Assembly: GCA_021158055.1 (NCBI GenBank)
Contig: JAGGVJ010000040.1
Coordinates: forward strand, 36,474 to 100,473
Source: Candidatus Iainarchaeum sp.
GTDB lineage: Archaea > Iainarchaeota > Iainarchaeia > JAGGVJ01
Direction: 5' to 3'
DNA length: 64,000 bases
Shown here: piece by piece, positions 43,936 through 54,074 of the stretch
How positions within the stretch are numbered: position 1 is the first letter of the stretch
Layout of the letters: each line of letters begins with the position of its first letter
The notes under the pieces: generated by a model
The model's input: the letters and a program-made list of their open reading frames with translations, nothing else
What the model was told of the DNA's origin: nothing
The model's database searches: none
Program-made: the position numbers and the translations under genes

Positions 43936-44322
43936 CTATTGCGCCCGAGTCTCAAGCACATCGTTTATTTTCAAATTTTTTGCCATCCCCGCAGGCAGCT
44001 CCACAATATACTTTGCTGCCTTTTCTGGAACTACCATGGGGGTAAACGGCTTAATATTCCTTTTGATGTCCACTATTTTCCAGGCGGAATCCAGGAAAAC
44101 AACGTCAATTGAAAAAAACACAAAAAACATATGTATTGCCGCATCAAGCCTGGCTTCGTAATCAAGCACAAAAATAAGTGCATGGTGCGTTTTCCCCCTA
44201 AACATCAGGCCCCTCATTCTCTGAAAAAACGTAAGCGCCCACTCGACCTTGCCTGAAATCAGTTTTTTGTCGCTTTTTCTGAAAAGAGCTTTGTTGTTTT
44301 TACTTTTATTGTTTGGATCCAT
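43936..44322 (-). CDS. DUF192 family protein
   Basis: RMRGLMFR, IHMFFVFFSIDVVFLD, YIVELPAG. Confidence 0.9.
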   Translation of the reverse strand: MDPNNKSKNNKALFRKSDKKLISGKVEWALTFFQRMRGLMFRGKTHHALIFVLDYEARLDAAIHMFFVFFSIDVVFLDSAWKIVDIKRNIKPFTPMVVPEKAAKYIVELPAGMAKNLKINDVLETRAQ

Positions 44323-44353
44323 AAAAACACTAAACCATGCGTTCTTGTCTGCA

Positions 44354-45583
44354 TCACGTGAGCTGGACGTACCATTTCTTGTCCTCGTAAAGAAGTTCTA
44401 TGAAAACTTCCGCCGGCTTAACCACTTTTACATAATTCGGCCTTACGGCCAGGTCGCCCTGCTTGCACGGAACGCAAACACCCGAGTCCCGGAAAGCAAA
44501 ATCATTACTGACTAATCCTTTTATCCACTGGTCATATGGCTCTGCTGTCTCAGACATTTTGTTAAGGTGCCTTGAAATGTCCTCGCGGTGAATATCCTTT
44601 GTCAGGTAATACGAGCCGATTGCAACTTTCATGTCTTCAGAGCCTGGTGGAAGAATCAAAACCACTTCCGATATTCTTGCAACAGGATTCGGAACCGGAA
44701 CAAAGAACTGGAAAACAAAAAACCCAATAAACACCAGGATAAAAGCGTGTTTCAAACCCGCAATGGCCCTTCCTTCACTCATAATTCCCGCGACAAGCCC
44801 GTTGAAAAAAGCCTGTATGAGCGCCAGATTCATCAAAAGTGTCCTGAAAGACCCTTCAGATATTACTGCCCCTCCGCCGAGAATCTCTTTTAATCCTGCC
44901 ATTCTGGGAAGCGCGGGAATAAACCCCAACTGAAGCACGGCGACAATTCCAAGAAACACGACGTAAATAAAATACATGGTATAAGTGTATATCTGAAGGT
45001 TTCCTTTTCTTTCAGCTTCAAGCTGTTTGATTTTTTGCGCGTCAATCGCAACGGTTTCAAGAATGTCTGCAATGGATCCCCCTGAACGGTGGGCTTCAAG
45101 AATAATCGAAACAGACCTTTTTATTATCTTGCTGTCTGTCCTGTCCGCAAAATCTTTAATGGCTTTTGAAAACGGAACCCCCCAAGAAATCTGGTTTGAT
45201 ATCTTTTTCACTTCAATAGACAAATCACCATAATAAGTAGTGCTTGTGGCGTAAACTGCTTTTGGAAGAGTCATTCCCGCCCGTTTTGATTCCGAGATAT
45301 CCCTGAGAAAAACCGGAAAACTCTCTTCAATTCTCTCAATCCTCATATAATCGTTGTACTTGTGGTATGCAAGCGGCCCAAAGCCTACTATCAACCCGAT
45401 AAAAACCCAGTTGAAAAACGAATCTGTTCCAAAGAAAAACAAAAACGCCACCAAAAGCGAGATAATCAACATGAAACCGCCGAAAATATAATACAAGTGC
45501 TCGGCTTTCAGCTCAAAGCCGTACCTGCTGGCAAGATTCTTTGCTTTTGACCAGTACTCTTGTGACAACGCGTAAATATCCAT
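44354..45583 (-). CDS. TadC/FlaJ-like membrane protein with C-terminal extension
   Basis: IEESFPVFLRDISESKRAGMTLPKA, YGDLSIEV, QISWGVPF; extra ~110-aa C-terminal domain with CVPC. Confidence 0.88.
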   Translation of the reverse strand: MDIYALSQEYWSKAKNLASRYGFELKAEHLYYIFGGFMLIISLLVAFLFFFGTDSFFNWVFIGLIVGFGPLAYHKYNDYMRIERIEESFPVFLRDISESKRAGMTLPKAVYATSTTYYGDLSIEVKKISNQISWGVPFSKAIKDFADRTDSKIIKRSVSIILEAHRSGGSIADILETVAIDAQKIKQLEAERKGNLQIYTYTMYFIYVVFLGIVAVLQLGFIPALPRMAGLKEILGGGAVISEGSFRTLLMNLALIQAFFNGLVAGIMSEGRAIAGLKHAFILVFIGFFVFQFFVPVPNPVARISEVVLILPPGSEDMKVAIGSYYLTKDIHREDISRHLNKMSETAEPYDQWIKGLVSNDFAFRDSGVCVPCKQGDLAVRPNYVKVVKPAEVFIELLYEDKKWYVQLT

Positions 45584-46479
45584 TACACCACTTCTTTTGG
45601 TTTGCTTGAGTCAAGCAACAATATAAACAATACTGACATCGCCGGTATTACAAGATAAATTGTCAGCTCAAGAAGAGCTTTTCCCCCGATCGGGAGGTTT
45701 AAACCCCCTATGATTGACATTATGGCAAGCATGACTATAAAAAGAATCGGGGCTGCCACAAACATTGTCGTGTATATCTCGGAAAGCATGGAAAGGGTTT
45801 CAATGTAATCTCTTTCAATCCTTCTGTGCTCTTCAAGCATGATCTTTGCCTCTTCGTTGAGGTAATCTCTTATGACCCCTCCGGAACGGATAATTGAAAC
45901 TACCCCCCAAAGTACGTCAGAAAACTTTTTTGACGGGCACTTCATTGCAACTTTTTTCAGTGCAGTGTTTATGTTGTAACCGAAAATTTGCGTGTTTCTG
46001 ACTATGTCTTTGCATTCCCTTGAAATTTCCTTGTATTCATCAAACTTTGACATCAGCTCAAACACTTTGTCCGGGGGGATTCCCGTACCTGCAATGGTTG
46101 CCATGTGGGTTATGGCATACGGAAGGTCCCCATCTATACTTTGCTTGCGTTCATTTATCCTGTAAGTCGGGTAAAAATAAAAAAACATAAAAAAAATAAT
46201 GCCCATTATGAAAGCACCGATTACAGCTGTTAAAAACATAAGCATGCTTATCATAAAACCAAAAAACACCAACAGGAAAAATATTAAAAAAAAAGACGCA
46301 ATAAAAACAAAAACTGAAGTTGCAAGAGACCCTGCCACATACTCTTCACTTGTCATGAGTATTTTTGCACTGCGCAGGCTGCCCTGAAGGTCCCCGAAAG
46401 AAGGCATTATTATATCAACATAGTCTTTCAGTCGCCTGTATGCTGCCAACCTGTATTCTCTCGGAAATATCATTTTCAC
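45583..46479 (-). CDS. TadB/TadC/FlaJ-like membrane protein
   Basis: IDGDLPYAITHMATIAGTGIPP, CPSKKFSDVLWG, LSMLSEIY. Confidence 0.88.
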   Translation of the reverse strand: MKMIFPREYRLAAYRRLKDYVDIIMPSFGDLQGSLRSAKILMTSEEYVAGSLATSVFVFIASFFLIFFLLVFFGFMISMLMFLTAVIGAFIMGIIFFMFFYFYPTYRINERKQSIDGDLPYAITHMATIAGTGIPPDKVFELMSKFDEYKEISRECKDIVRNTQIFGYNINTALKKVAMKCPSKKFSDVLWGVVSIIRSGGVIRDYLNEEAKIMLEEHRRIERDYIETLSMLSEIYTTMFVAAPILFIVMLAIMSIIGGLNLPIGGKALLELTIYLVIPAMSVLFILLLDSSKPKEVV

Positions 46480-46526
46480 AACTCACATGTGCTCCTGATT
46501 CACTCTCCCGGATTTTTCAAACACAT

Positions 46527-48935
46527 TCACATGTTTTTGAGTATTTCATCCGGGTTCTTATAGTACGTATTTATAATTTTTCCAACTTCCTTGTAATACC
46601 TTATATTTGATTTTTTCATCCAGTCAAGAACTTCGGCGCGTCTTCTAAGCTCAGCCCACAATGATTCTTCAGAAGTTCCCTTTTGCTCAATAATTTTATT
46701 TAATATATACGACTTATCAGAAACAAAAGCAAAAGTGTCATCAGTCGGGTTCCATTTCATAACTGTATTTGTTATCGGTTTCCCGGTGTCAATATCTATT
46801 CTTATGATTTCTATGAGTTCAGTTACGCGCCTTACTTCCATTTGTTTTATCCTGGTGTGATGCATAAACAAAACAAGGTCAAGACTGCTTAACAAACCAA
46901 GAGGCAGGTTGATTGGCTTTGTAATAAGCCTGTTAAGAAGCTCTGAAAAGTCACCTGCGTGAATCGTTGCCATTCCGGGGTGTCCGGTTGCCATTCCCTG
47001 GAAAAGGACGTTTGCTTCCACCCCACGCACTTCCCCCACAATTATCTCATCAGGCCTCTCCCTTAAAGCCGCTTTAAGCAAGTCAAACATGGACACTTCA
47101 CCTTGTCTTTTGCCCGTGACATCAACTGATCCAAAACCGGTCCTGATGACTTTCGGCACCCAGTTCTCGTGCGGAAGGTTAATCTCGGGAGTGTCCTCAA
47201 TCGAAATAATCTTTATCCCCGGAGGCAAAAGCATTGAAATCGAATTCAGAGTGGAAGTTTTTCCGCTGGCAGTTCCACCGCTGATCAGGAGAGACTGCTT
47301 GTATTCAACTGCAAGCCACAGAAAAGCAACCATCATGGAAGGTATTGTTCCCGAGCTTATAAGGTCGATCACAGTCAAAGGGTCTTTTGTAAATTTCCTA
47401 ATAGTAAACGTTGAGCCCTTCATGGAAATTTCATTTCCGCTGCTGTACGTCGCCTGCACCCTGGAACCGTCTTCAAGCGAACCGTCAAGAAGGGGGTCAG
47501 CAACACTTATGTGTCTTCCGCAGCGCTGGGCAAGTTTTATCAGGTATGAATTCAAGGATTCCGTATCAATAAATTTTTTGTTTGTTTTTATGGAACCGTA
47601 TTTCCTGTGGAAGATATAAATAGGCAGGTTTATTCCGATGCATGAAACGTCCTCTATCTCCTTGTCCCTCATAAACGGCTCAATAATCTCCAGCCCGATG
47701 AAATCCCTTTCAATATAATACTTCATTTTTTCGTACTCTGATTTCGTGAGAAAAATGGCGTAATCCTGAATTATGCGGTCCATCTTATTGTATATATAAT
47801 CGCGGATTTTTTCCTCTTTTTTCAGTTCAAAAAGGTTCACATCCAAAAAGTCAATCAAAAGGGTTTTTATACGATCCAAGGTCTTTTTTTCTCTTTCCGT
47901 TAACGGCGGCTCGAGAACATAGTACATTAAACCGTTTATCTGATCAATCCATTTTATATTCGAATACGCATACGGCTCAATAAGCGAATATTTTTCGTCG
48001 ACTTTCTTCAAATCAACCGGCTCCCACTCGCTGGACATCTTTTTTATCAGGTCTTTTGGTATCCTGTGCATTGTTTCAGGAAGGTTTTTCATACCCATTT
48101 TATTGACTATAAAATCAGCTTCCCCCTTGCCCACTGCTTTTATCTGGCTAAGGTCAATTTGCTGGTATACTTTTGGGGACCGTGAAAAAACAACCATCGG
48201 AACAGTCGGCGCAGCAACTGAAGCTACAGGGGCAACATCACCGCGTGAAGCAATAGCACCTTCCGCTCCTTTAAAATACCCCTCCAAAAAGCCCTGGTTT
48301 TGAACTTTACCGGTAGTAATTTTTCTGCCCCCCTGCTTCCCGGAAAATCCAAGAGCAGACGGCTTGGGCAAATCGCTTTTGCTATCGCCGGAACCCGACT
48401 CTTCAAACAAAGTATTCTCTTTAAGATATTCAAACGGATTCTTTTGAGGCCCCCTGGCTTCTCCGGCTTCCGTTTTACCTTTTTTTAGTTTTTCATTCAT
48501 TTCTATGATTTCAGGCATGAAAAAATCCGGCTCGTCAAGGTCAATGCTGGAGTCAATTTTTGCTGCCTGCAAGTCAGATTTTTCCGGTGTTTTTCCATTT
48601 TCGTCGTCAAACATCTGTTCTTCTGAAACAACTGATTCAACAACTTCTTGTTTCAGTGGCTCTTCAGATTCTTCTTGTCTTGCTGTTCTTTGCCAATAGC
48701 CTTCAGGGGGTTTTTCAATAACCATTTTTTTGTAAAGGTTATCTGTCAAAGCGCTTCGCTTTTTTGAAGAAGCTGACCTGTACACTACAACAGGTTTTTC
48801 CTCAAACGACGACTGCACGTGTCTCTTGCCTGAATATTTGCGCGGTTTCGAAACCCGTCGCGCAGCTCCGGAAATAAGTTTTCTCGCTACTTTTTTGTTT
48901 ATCTTTTTTAAAATACCGTTGTTGATTTTAGCCAT
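46527..48935 (-). CDS. FlaI/TadA-type pilus assembly ATPase with long disordered N-terminus
   Basis: ISGGTASGKTS, SIEDTPEI, LRERPDEIIVGEVRG, ATGHPGMATIHA. Confidence 0.92.
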   Translation of the reverse strand: MAKINNGILKKINKKVARKLISGAARRVSKPRKYSGKRHVQSSFEEKPVVVYRSASSKKRSALTDNLYKKMVIEKPPEGYWQRTARQEESEEPLKQEVVESVVSEEQMFDDENGKTPEKSDLQAAKIDSSIDLDEPDFFMPEIIEMNEKLKKGKTEAGEARGPQKNPFEYLKENTLFEESGSGDSKSDLPKPSALGFSGKQGGRKITTGKVQNQGFLEGYFKGAEGAIASRGDVAPVASVAAPTVPMVVFSRSPKVYQQIDLSQIKAVGKGEADFIVNKMGMKNLPETMHRIPKDLIKKMSSEWEPVDLKKVDEKYSLIEPYAYSNIKWIDQINGLMYYVLEPPLTEREKKTLDRIKTLLIDFLDVNLFELKKEEKIRDYIYNKMDRIIQDYAIFLTKSEYEKMKYYIERDFIGLEIIEPFMRDKEIEDVSCIGINLPIYIFHRKYGSIKTNKKFIDTESLNSYLIKLAQRCGRHISVADPLLDGSLEDGSRVQATYSSGNEISMKGSTFTIRKFTKDPLTVIDLISSGTIPSMMVAFLWLAVEYKQSLLISGGTASGKTSTLNSISMLLPPGIKIISIEDTPEINLPHENWVPKVIRTGFGSVDVTGKRQGEVSMFDLLKAALRERPDEIIVGEVRGVEANVLFQGMATGHPGMATIHAGDFSELLNRLITKPINLPLGLLSSLDLVLFMHHTRIKQMEVRRVTELIEIIRIDIDTGKPITNTVMKWNPTDDTFAFVSDKSYILNKIIEQKGTSEESLWAELRRRAEVLDWMKKSNIRYYKEVGKIINTYYKNPDEILKNM

Positions 48936-49016
48936 CAGAGAAACTAAATGGTTTTGAATTAATATTTGTTTTGATTTTTTTGAAAAAATAACAAAAATAC
49001 CTAAAAAATCAACGGC

Positions 49017-49760
49017 TCAAAAACTTATGGATCCAATTATTGAAAAAATAATAAGAAAAAGCAGATTTGTTGAGAAAAAAATTGAAATTATGTAACCTGC
49101 AAGCAAGGCAAACATAAACGGCGGAAGAGGGGTTACCCAGACAAGGTCTTTTATCTTTTTTTCTGCAACAAGTTTCTTCAGACGCTCAAATTCATCGTCA
49201 GGGTCAACGTTTGGAACAAGATCAACCTGCCTTTTTCCTTTCCCGTCAAAAGAAACTTTTTCAAGCGGAGAAACAAAACTGTTGCATTTAATTGAACTTA
49301 TTTTTACAGGATAACCAATAAAATAAAACAACGGGTTTTGCGGTTTGTTTGCGCGAAACAAATTCCATGCAAAAACACACACCGGGACTGCAACGGCACT
49401 CAAAAGCAATGCATTTACAAAAACCGACAACGAAAAATACACGGTTTGAGCCGGACTTGCAAACTGGTTCAGGGAAGCAACTGCAACAAGGGCTTTTAAG
49501 TCGCCCCCTCCGATATAAAGAATGGGAAAAATTTCCCCTGCCTTATGCAAAACAAAAACAAAAACAAAAACAAGCCCTGCTGAAAAAACGAACGCCTGCA
49601 TTACCTCAACTTTAAGTGAAGCAAGCGAAAGCAACAAGCCGACGGCAACTGCGATCACCCAAACCTTATCCGGAACCTCGCGAAATTTAAAATCAAACAC
49701 ACTTGCGACCGCAAGCATCAGAACAGTAAACGCAACGGAAACAAAACCAAATAAAAACAT
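49017..49760 (-). CDS. A24-family prepilin/prearchaellin peptidase (FlaK/PibD-like)
   Basis: Catalytic Asp motifs SVFDFKFREVPD and IGGGDLK; C-terminal VWVTPLPPFM. Confidence 0.88.
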   Translation of the reverse strand: MFLFGFVSVAFTVLMLAVASVFDFKFREVPDKVWVIAVAVGLLLSLASLKVEVMQAFVFSAGLVFVFVFVLHKAGEIFPILYIGGGDLKALVAVASLNQFASPAQTVYFSLSVFVNALLLSAVAVPVCVFAWNLFRANKPQNPLFYFIGYPVKISSIKCNSFVSPLEKVSFDGKGKRQVDLVPNVDPDDEFERLKKLVAEKKIKDLVWVTPLPPFMFALLAGYIISIFFSTNLLFLIIFSIIGSISF

Positions 49761-49934
49761 ACAAACAACTTCAAAACACCCTAAAAAACGCTTTATCTAT
49801 CATATTATCACAATGTATCAAAACACACAGCATATATATTAAAAATACATCCTATATATAATACTTAAAATACTTATTTGGAAATTGCATTTATTTATAT
49901 TTATTTATACTGCAAACAATTCAACGGTGAAAAT

Positions 49935-50630
49935 TTGCTCAACTCAATCGCTTTTATCCCTGACGGCACAAGAACTTACGGCAAGCAAAACAACTTGTCT
50001 GTCAAGGAAGCGTATTCTTTAGCAGTAAGCAATGCATGGGACATTCTTGAAGAATTAATAAATTACAAAACAATTAACTCATGCACTTACTGGGTGTTAA
50101 GCACTGAAAACTTCAGGCGCTCAAGACTGCAGATTAAAGTGCTTTTCAGAATTTTCCAAAAAGAGCTTGAAAAAATTTCCGAAATGGACTTTTTTGAAAA
50201 AACCGGCGCCCGGCTCAATTTCATAGGCAGGAAAACAATGCTTCCCACAAAACTCCAGGAGCTAATGAAATCATGCGAGAACAAAACAGCAGACTACGGA
50301 GAAAAACAAGTGAACATCGCCATTGCTTACGGGGGCAGGTCTGAAATTGCCGACGCCTGCAAAAAAATATGCGTGAAAGTTCAGGAAAACAAATTGTCGC
50401 CTGACCAGATAACCGAGGCAACAGTCAGGGAAAACCTTTACCCCGGAACAATTGACCCGGACTTTATAATCAGGACAAAGGGAGTAATGAGAACCTCTGG
50501 TTTTCTTGCATTTCAATCCGATTACTCAGAATACTATTTTTCAAAAAAGCTCTGGCCCGAATTCAACAGAACCGACCTCAAAAATGCAATAAGCGATTTT
50601 AATTCAAGAAAAAGAAACTTTGGAAAATAA
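49935..50630 (+). CDS. uppS: cis-prenyltransferase (undecaprenyl/dolichyl diphosphate synthase family)
   Basis: FIPDG, LSTENFRRS, IAYGGRSEI, DFIIRT, LWPEF, RKRNFGK; GGTGA + TTG at 49935. Confidence 0.88.
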   Translation: MLNSIAFIPDGTRTYGKQNNLSVKEAYSLAVSNAWDILEELINYKTINSCTYWVLSTENFRRSRLQIKVLFRIFQKELEKISEMDFFEKTGARLNFIGRKTMLPTKLQELMKSCENKTADYGEKQVNIAIAYGGRSEIADACKKICVKVQENKLSPDQITEATVRENLYPGTIDPDFIIRTKGVMRTSGFLAFQSDYSEYYFSKKLWPEFNRTDLKNAISDFNSRKRNFGK

Positions 50631-50631
50631 C

Positions 50632-51750
50632 TCACCCAAAAACATATGAAAGAGCAGCCCGAACCAAAAACGACTTGTGGCGAAAAAACATTTGTTTTGC
50701 AAGCGCTTTTGTTTCCTCCATTTCACCAAACACGGAAACGGTCTCATCCACACCCTGTTCTTTTGCTTTCCTTAAAAGAGCATCAAACGATTTGTCTGAA
50801 ACTCTGTTCAGGCACTTCCTGATGAAAAAATGGTTTCTCAAATCCGCCTCAAACTGTTTCCTCCACTGCACTTCGTATTCCTGCGGGGAAAGGTGTGCAA
50901 AAGAAGCGCACAATCCCCCAAAAACCACACCCCCACCGCTTGACGCTTTAACCTGCCCGGCAGCATCCCCCACCACCAAACCGTTACTGCCCGCGGTTTT
51001 TTTGCGGATTCCCTGGGGTATTGCTCCCGACTGGACAGAAACCACTTCGCCTTCAGGAAACCTGTCCAGAAAACGACCTGCAAAAGCATTGAGGGTTCCC
51101 GGGTCGCGCACCCCAAGCCCCACCCTCACAAATTCTTTTTCCGGAACAACCCATGCAAAAAACCCGGGCGCAACCTTTTGCCCAAAATAAAGTTCAACAA
51201 AATTCCGGTCTTTTTCAATTCCCTCCAAAACAAACTGCTTTGCAAAAACCGGTGCAGGTGTTTTCGGAAGATTCAGCCAGGAAGCGGTTTTTGAAAACAC
51301 TCCGTCTGCCCCGACTATTCTTTCAACTTCAAACTTCCCGCAAGTCGTTTTCAAAACCGAAGTTGTGTTATTTGCAGAAAACCCGGTTGCTTTTTCACCC
51401 ACAAACATAATGCATCCTGCTTTTTCCGCTTTTTCTGCAAAATGCCTGTCAAGCGCCGAACGGTCAATTACGCTTGCCTTTGGTCTTTTGCCCGAGATTT
51501 CCAGAACATCTCCTGCCGGTGAAAAAATCCTTGCTCCTTTTACCTGGTTGACTGAAAACTTTTTCGGTTCGACTCCGATGCGCAAAAGACCTTTGTTGCT
51601 CACCAACCCTGTGCACTGCACCGGCTCGCCGACAACAGGGTGCTCTTCAAAAAGAGAAACATCAAAACCTTTTTTAGCGCATGTTCCTGCTGAAATTGCG
51701 CCGCAAACCCCACCCCCGATCACTGCAATCAAAAAATCACCAAAAACCAT
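50632..51750 (-). CDS. Geranylgeranyl reductase family FAD-dependent oxidoreductase
   Basis: VIGGGVCG, PVQCTGLVS, GADG..S, PGFFAWVVP, VGDAAGQVKASSGGG. Confidence 0.88.
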   Translation of the reverse strand: MVFGDFLIAVIGGGVCGAISAGTCAKKGFDVSLFEEHPVVGEPVQCTGLVSNKGLLRIGVEPKKFSVNQVKGARIFSPAGDVLEISGKRPKASVIDRSALDRHFAEKAEKAGCIMFVGEKATGFSANNTTSVLKTTCGKFEVERIVGADGVFSKTASWLNLPKTPAPVFAKQFVLEGIEKDRNFVELYFGQKVAPGFFAWVVPEKEFVRVGLGVRDPGTLNAFAGRFLDRFPEGEVVSVQSGAIPQGIRKKTAGSNGLVVGDAAGQVKASSGGGVVFGGLCASFAHLSPQEYEVQWRKQFEADLRNHFFIRKCLNRVSDKSFDALLRKAKEQGVDETVSVFGEMEETKALAKQMFFRHKSFLVRAALSYVFG

Positions 51751-51900
51751 GTTTGTTCAACTAAACACAATATATTTTAATGCATGTCTCCTATTAAAAT
51801 AACCAGAGGAACCATCCATTAAACTAACCGGGACAACCACCCATCAAACCAGACAGAAGCAATCAAAAAACAAATCGTGATCTTAAAGGGGAGTGATTTT

Positions 51901-52614
51901 TTGCAGGTTACAACCATTAAAAAAATTGACTTGAAAGGAAAAGTGCTCATTGAATCTTTTCCGGGAGTCGGCATGGTAGGAGCCATTGCCGCAAACCATA
52001 TTTCAGAGCAGATGGATCTCGAGGAAATAAGCTTCATTGAAAACGATGCATTCCAGCCGATCGCAATCTTTTCCGACAACGACGCCCTTCACTCTGTCAG
52101 GATCTACGGTCACGAAAACTGTCCGATTGTACTCTTCACCTCAGAGTTCCCCCTCCCGCGGCAAACTCACCTTGAAGTGTCAAACGCAATCGTTGACTGG
52201 TGCATAAAAAACAAAATATCTGAAATAGTATCGCTTGAAGGCCTCACATCAAACAAAAGGCCGGAGCAGCACAAATCTTTCCTGGCCACTACAAACAGCA
52301 AAATCAAAGAAACCGGGATGAAAATCGGGTTAAATAATTTTAAAAACGGCATTGTTTACGGCACCTCGGCAATGATTTACCTCAAGGCAAAAGAAAAAAA
52401 GCTGCCGTCAACTGTAATCCTGACAGAAACAGAAGTAAGGTTTCCTGATGCCCGCGGGGCAGCACACATAATAAACATCATAAACAAGCTGTACTCCACA
52501 AAAATCGACACTGCAATCCTGATAAATGAAGCTGAAAAAATAGAGGAAAAATACCTTGAGATAATCAAGCACCTCAAACAGACACCCCAAGCGCACGAAA
52601 ACATGTACCAGTAA
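51901..52614 (+). CDS. PAC2 family proteasome assembly chaperone-like protein (second paralog)
   Basis: LIESFPGVGMVGAIAANHI, FPDARGAA, LINEAEKIE; TTG start after GGGGAGTGA. Confidence 0.88.
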   Translation: MQVTTIKKIDLKGKVLIESFPGVGMVGAIAANHISEQMDLEEISFIENDAFQPIAIFSDNDALHSVRIYGHENCPIVLFTSEFPLPRQTHLEVSNAIVDWCIKNKISEIVSLEGLTSNKRPEQHKSFLATTNSKIKETGMKIGLNNFKNGIVYGTSAMIYLKAKEKKLPSTVILTETEVRFPDARGAAHIINIINKLYSTKIDTAILINEAEKIEEKYLEIIKHLKQTPQAHENMYQ

Positions 52615-52686
52615 AAAATGAAAATCTGAGCAGGCAAAAAACTAAAACATGCGATGCGCAGGCAAAGCACATGAAAAGATGATCCG

Positions 52687-53334
52687 ATGAAAATAGACAT
52701 GCACGTACACACAAACGTATCAAGGGACGCAGGGCTTTCAATCAGCGAAATAAACGGCGCCTGCAGGAAAAAAGGAATTGACGGCGTCTGCATAACAGAA
52801 CACAACTTTTTCGATCCGAAAAGATACAAAGAAACCGAATCAGTAAAATTTGTGGGGGAAGAAATCCTTTCAGGTTCAGGTGACATTCTGGCGCTTGGAA
52901 TAACCGAACAAATCAAAAAGCTGATGAGCGCCGAAGAAACAATTGACGCCATCCGCGAACAAGGAGGCATTGCAATTGCAGCGCACCCGTTTGACCGTTT
53001 CAGGAACGCGCTTGGCAAAAAAATCTACGAACTTGACCTTGACGCGGTTGAAATAATCAACGCAAGATGCTACCTCAAAAGATTCAATGCACAAGCCGCT
53101 GATTTCGCCGAGTCAGAAAACCTGCCCGTAACTGCGGGAAGCGACGCTCACTTTTCAGGCGAGATAGGAAACGCGTTCACTGAGTTTCCTGACTGGGTAA
53201 ACGATGTCGACGACGCAATAAAAGCAATCATGTCAAAGAAAGTGAAACTCCACAGCGTCCGCTCGTCAAGAAGATGGCATTTAAAGACACACATCACGAT
53301 TTTGAAAAAAATGATAAAAAAGGAATCTCACTAA
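52687..53334 (+). CDS. PHP-domain metal-dependent phosphoesterase
   Basis: DMHVHT, ITEHN, AAHP, GSDAH. Confidence 0.9.
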   Translation: MKIDMHVHTNVSRDAGLSISEINGACRKKGIDGVCITEHNFFDPKRYKETESVKFVGEEILSGSGDILALGITEQIKKLMSAEETIDAIREQGGIAIAAHPFDRFRNALGKKIYELDLDAVEIINARCYLKRFNAQAADFAESENLPVTAGSDAHFSGEIGNAFTEFPDWVNDVDDAIKAIMSKKVKLHSVRSSRRWHLKTHITILKKMIKKESH

Positions 53335-53375
53335 AATAAAAAGCAATAATTAACACACAAAAATACAAAAAGTTC

Positions 53376-54074
53376 TCATTTTGAAGCAAACCTGCTTTTT
53401 AGAAAATCCCCTGTCTTTTTTATGTCTTCAGGAACACCCATGTCAATCCAATAATCCTCAAGCATTATGAGCCTGACTTTTTTTTCATCACAAAGCATAT
53501 TTATGGCGTCTGTTATTTCATACTCACCCCTTGGGGATTTTTCAACCTTTTTCATTGCGTCAAATATTTCAGGAGTGAACTTGTATATGCCTGTGTTTAT
53601 GAAATCGCTCACTTTTTCAGGGGGCTTCTCAACAATCCTCTCAACAAACCCGTTTTTGCAAAGAAGATTTCCGTAATTTTGGGGGTTCTTGTGAAGGATT
53701 CCTCCAATATAATTGAATCCGTCAATCTTTTTGAACTTTTTGATGTCAAGCGGGGAATACAAGTTGTCTGACATCACCACGGAAAAATCCCCGTCAACCG
53801 CTTTTTCAGCTGAAGCAATCGCATGCCCTGTTCCAAGCACTTCCTTCTGGTCAACTATTTCCGCGTTAAAACCGTATTCTTCCACAAACTCTTCAATCAT
53901 GCTCAACTTATAGCTTGCGACAACCACAAAATCTTCAAAGCCTGCTTCCCGCATGCTTTTCAGGAGATGCCACAAAAACGGTTTTCCGTTGACAGAAATA
54001 AGCGGTTTTGGCAGTTCTTTTGTAATCGGGCGCATCCTTAACCCGAGACCAGCTGCCAGTATCACTGCCTGCAT
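53376..54074 (-). CDS. Sugar-phosphate nucleotidyltransferase (GlmU/RmlA/HddC-like, without LbH acetyltransferase domain)
   Basis: ILAAGLGLRMRPITKELPKPL, LGTGHAI, IVEKP, SPRGEYEITDAI, WIDMG; only 232 aa. Confidence 0.9.
   Translation of the reverse strand: MQAVILAAGLGLRMRPITKELPKPLISVNGKPFLWHLLKSMREAGFEDFVVVASYKLSMIEEFVEEYGFNAEIVDQKEVLGTGHAIASAEKAVDGDFSVVMSDNLYSPLDIKKFKKIDGFNYIGGILHKNPQNYGNLLCKNGFVERIVEKPPEKVSDFINTGIYKFTPEIFDAMKKVEKSPRGEYEITDAINMLCDEKKVRLIMLEDYWIDMGVPEDIKKTGDFLKSRFASK

Noticed and set aside
44354-49760. Archaellum operon
   Set aside because: A FlaI-like ATPase and FlaK-like peptidase are present, but no archaellin or ArlF/G/H is recognisable and TadC is split in two; a pilus-type system fits better
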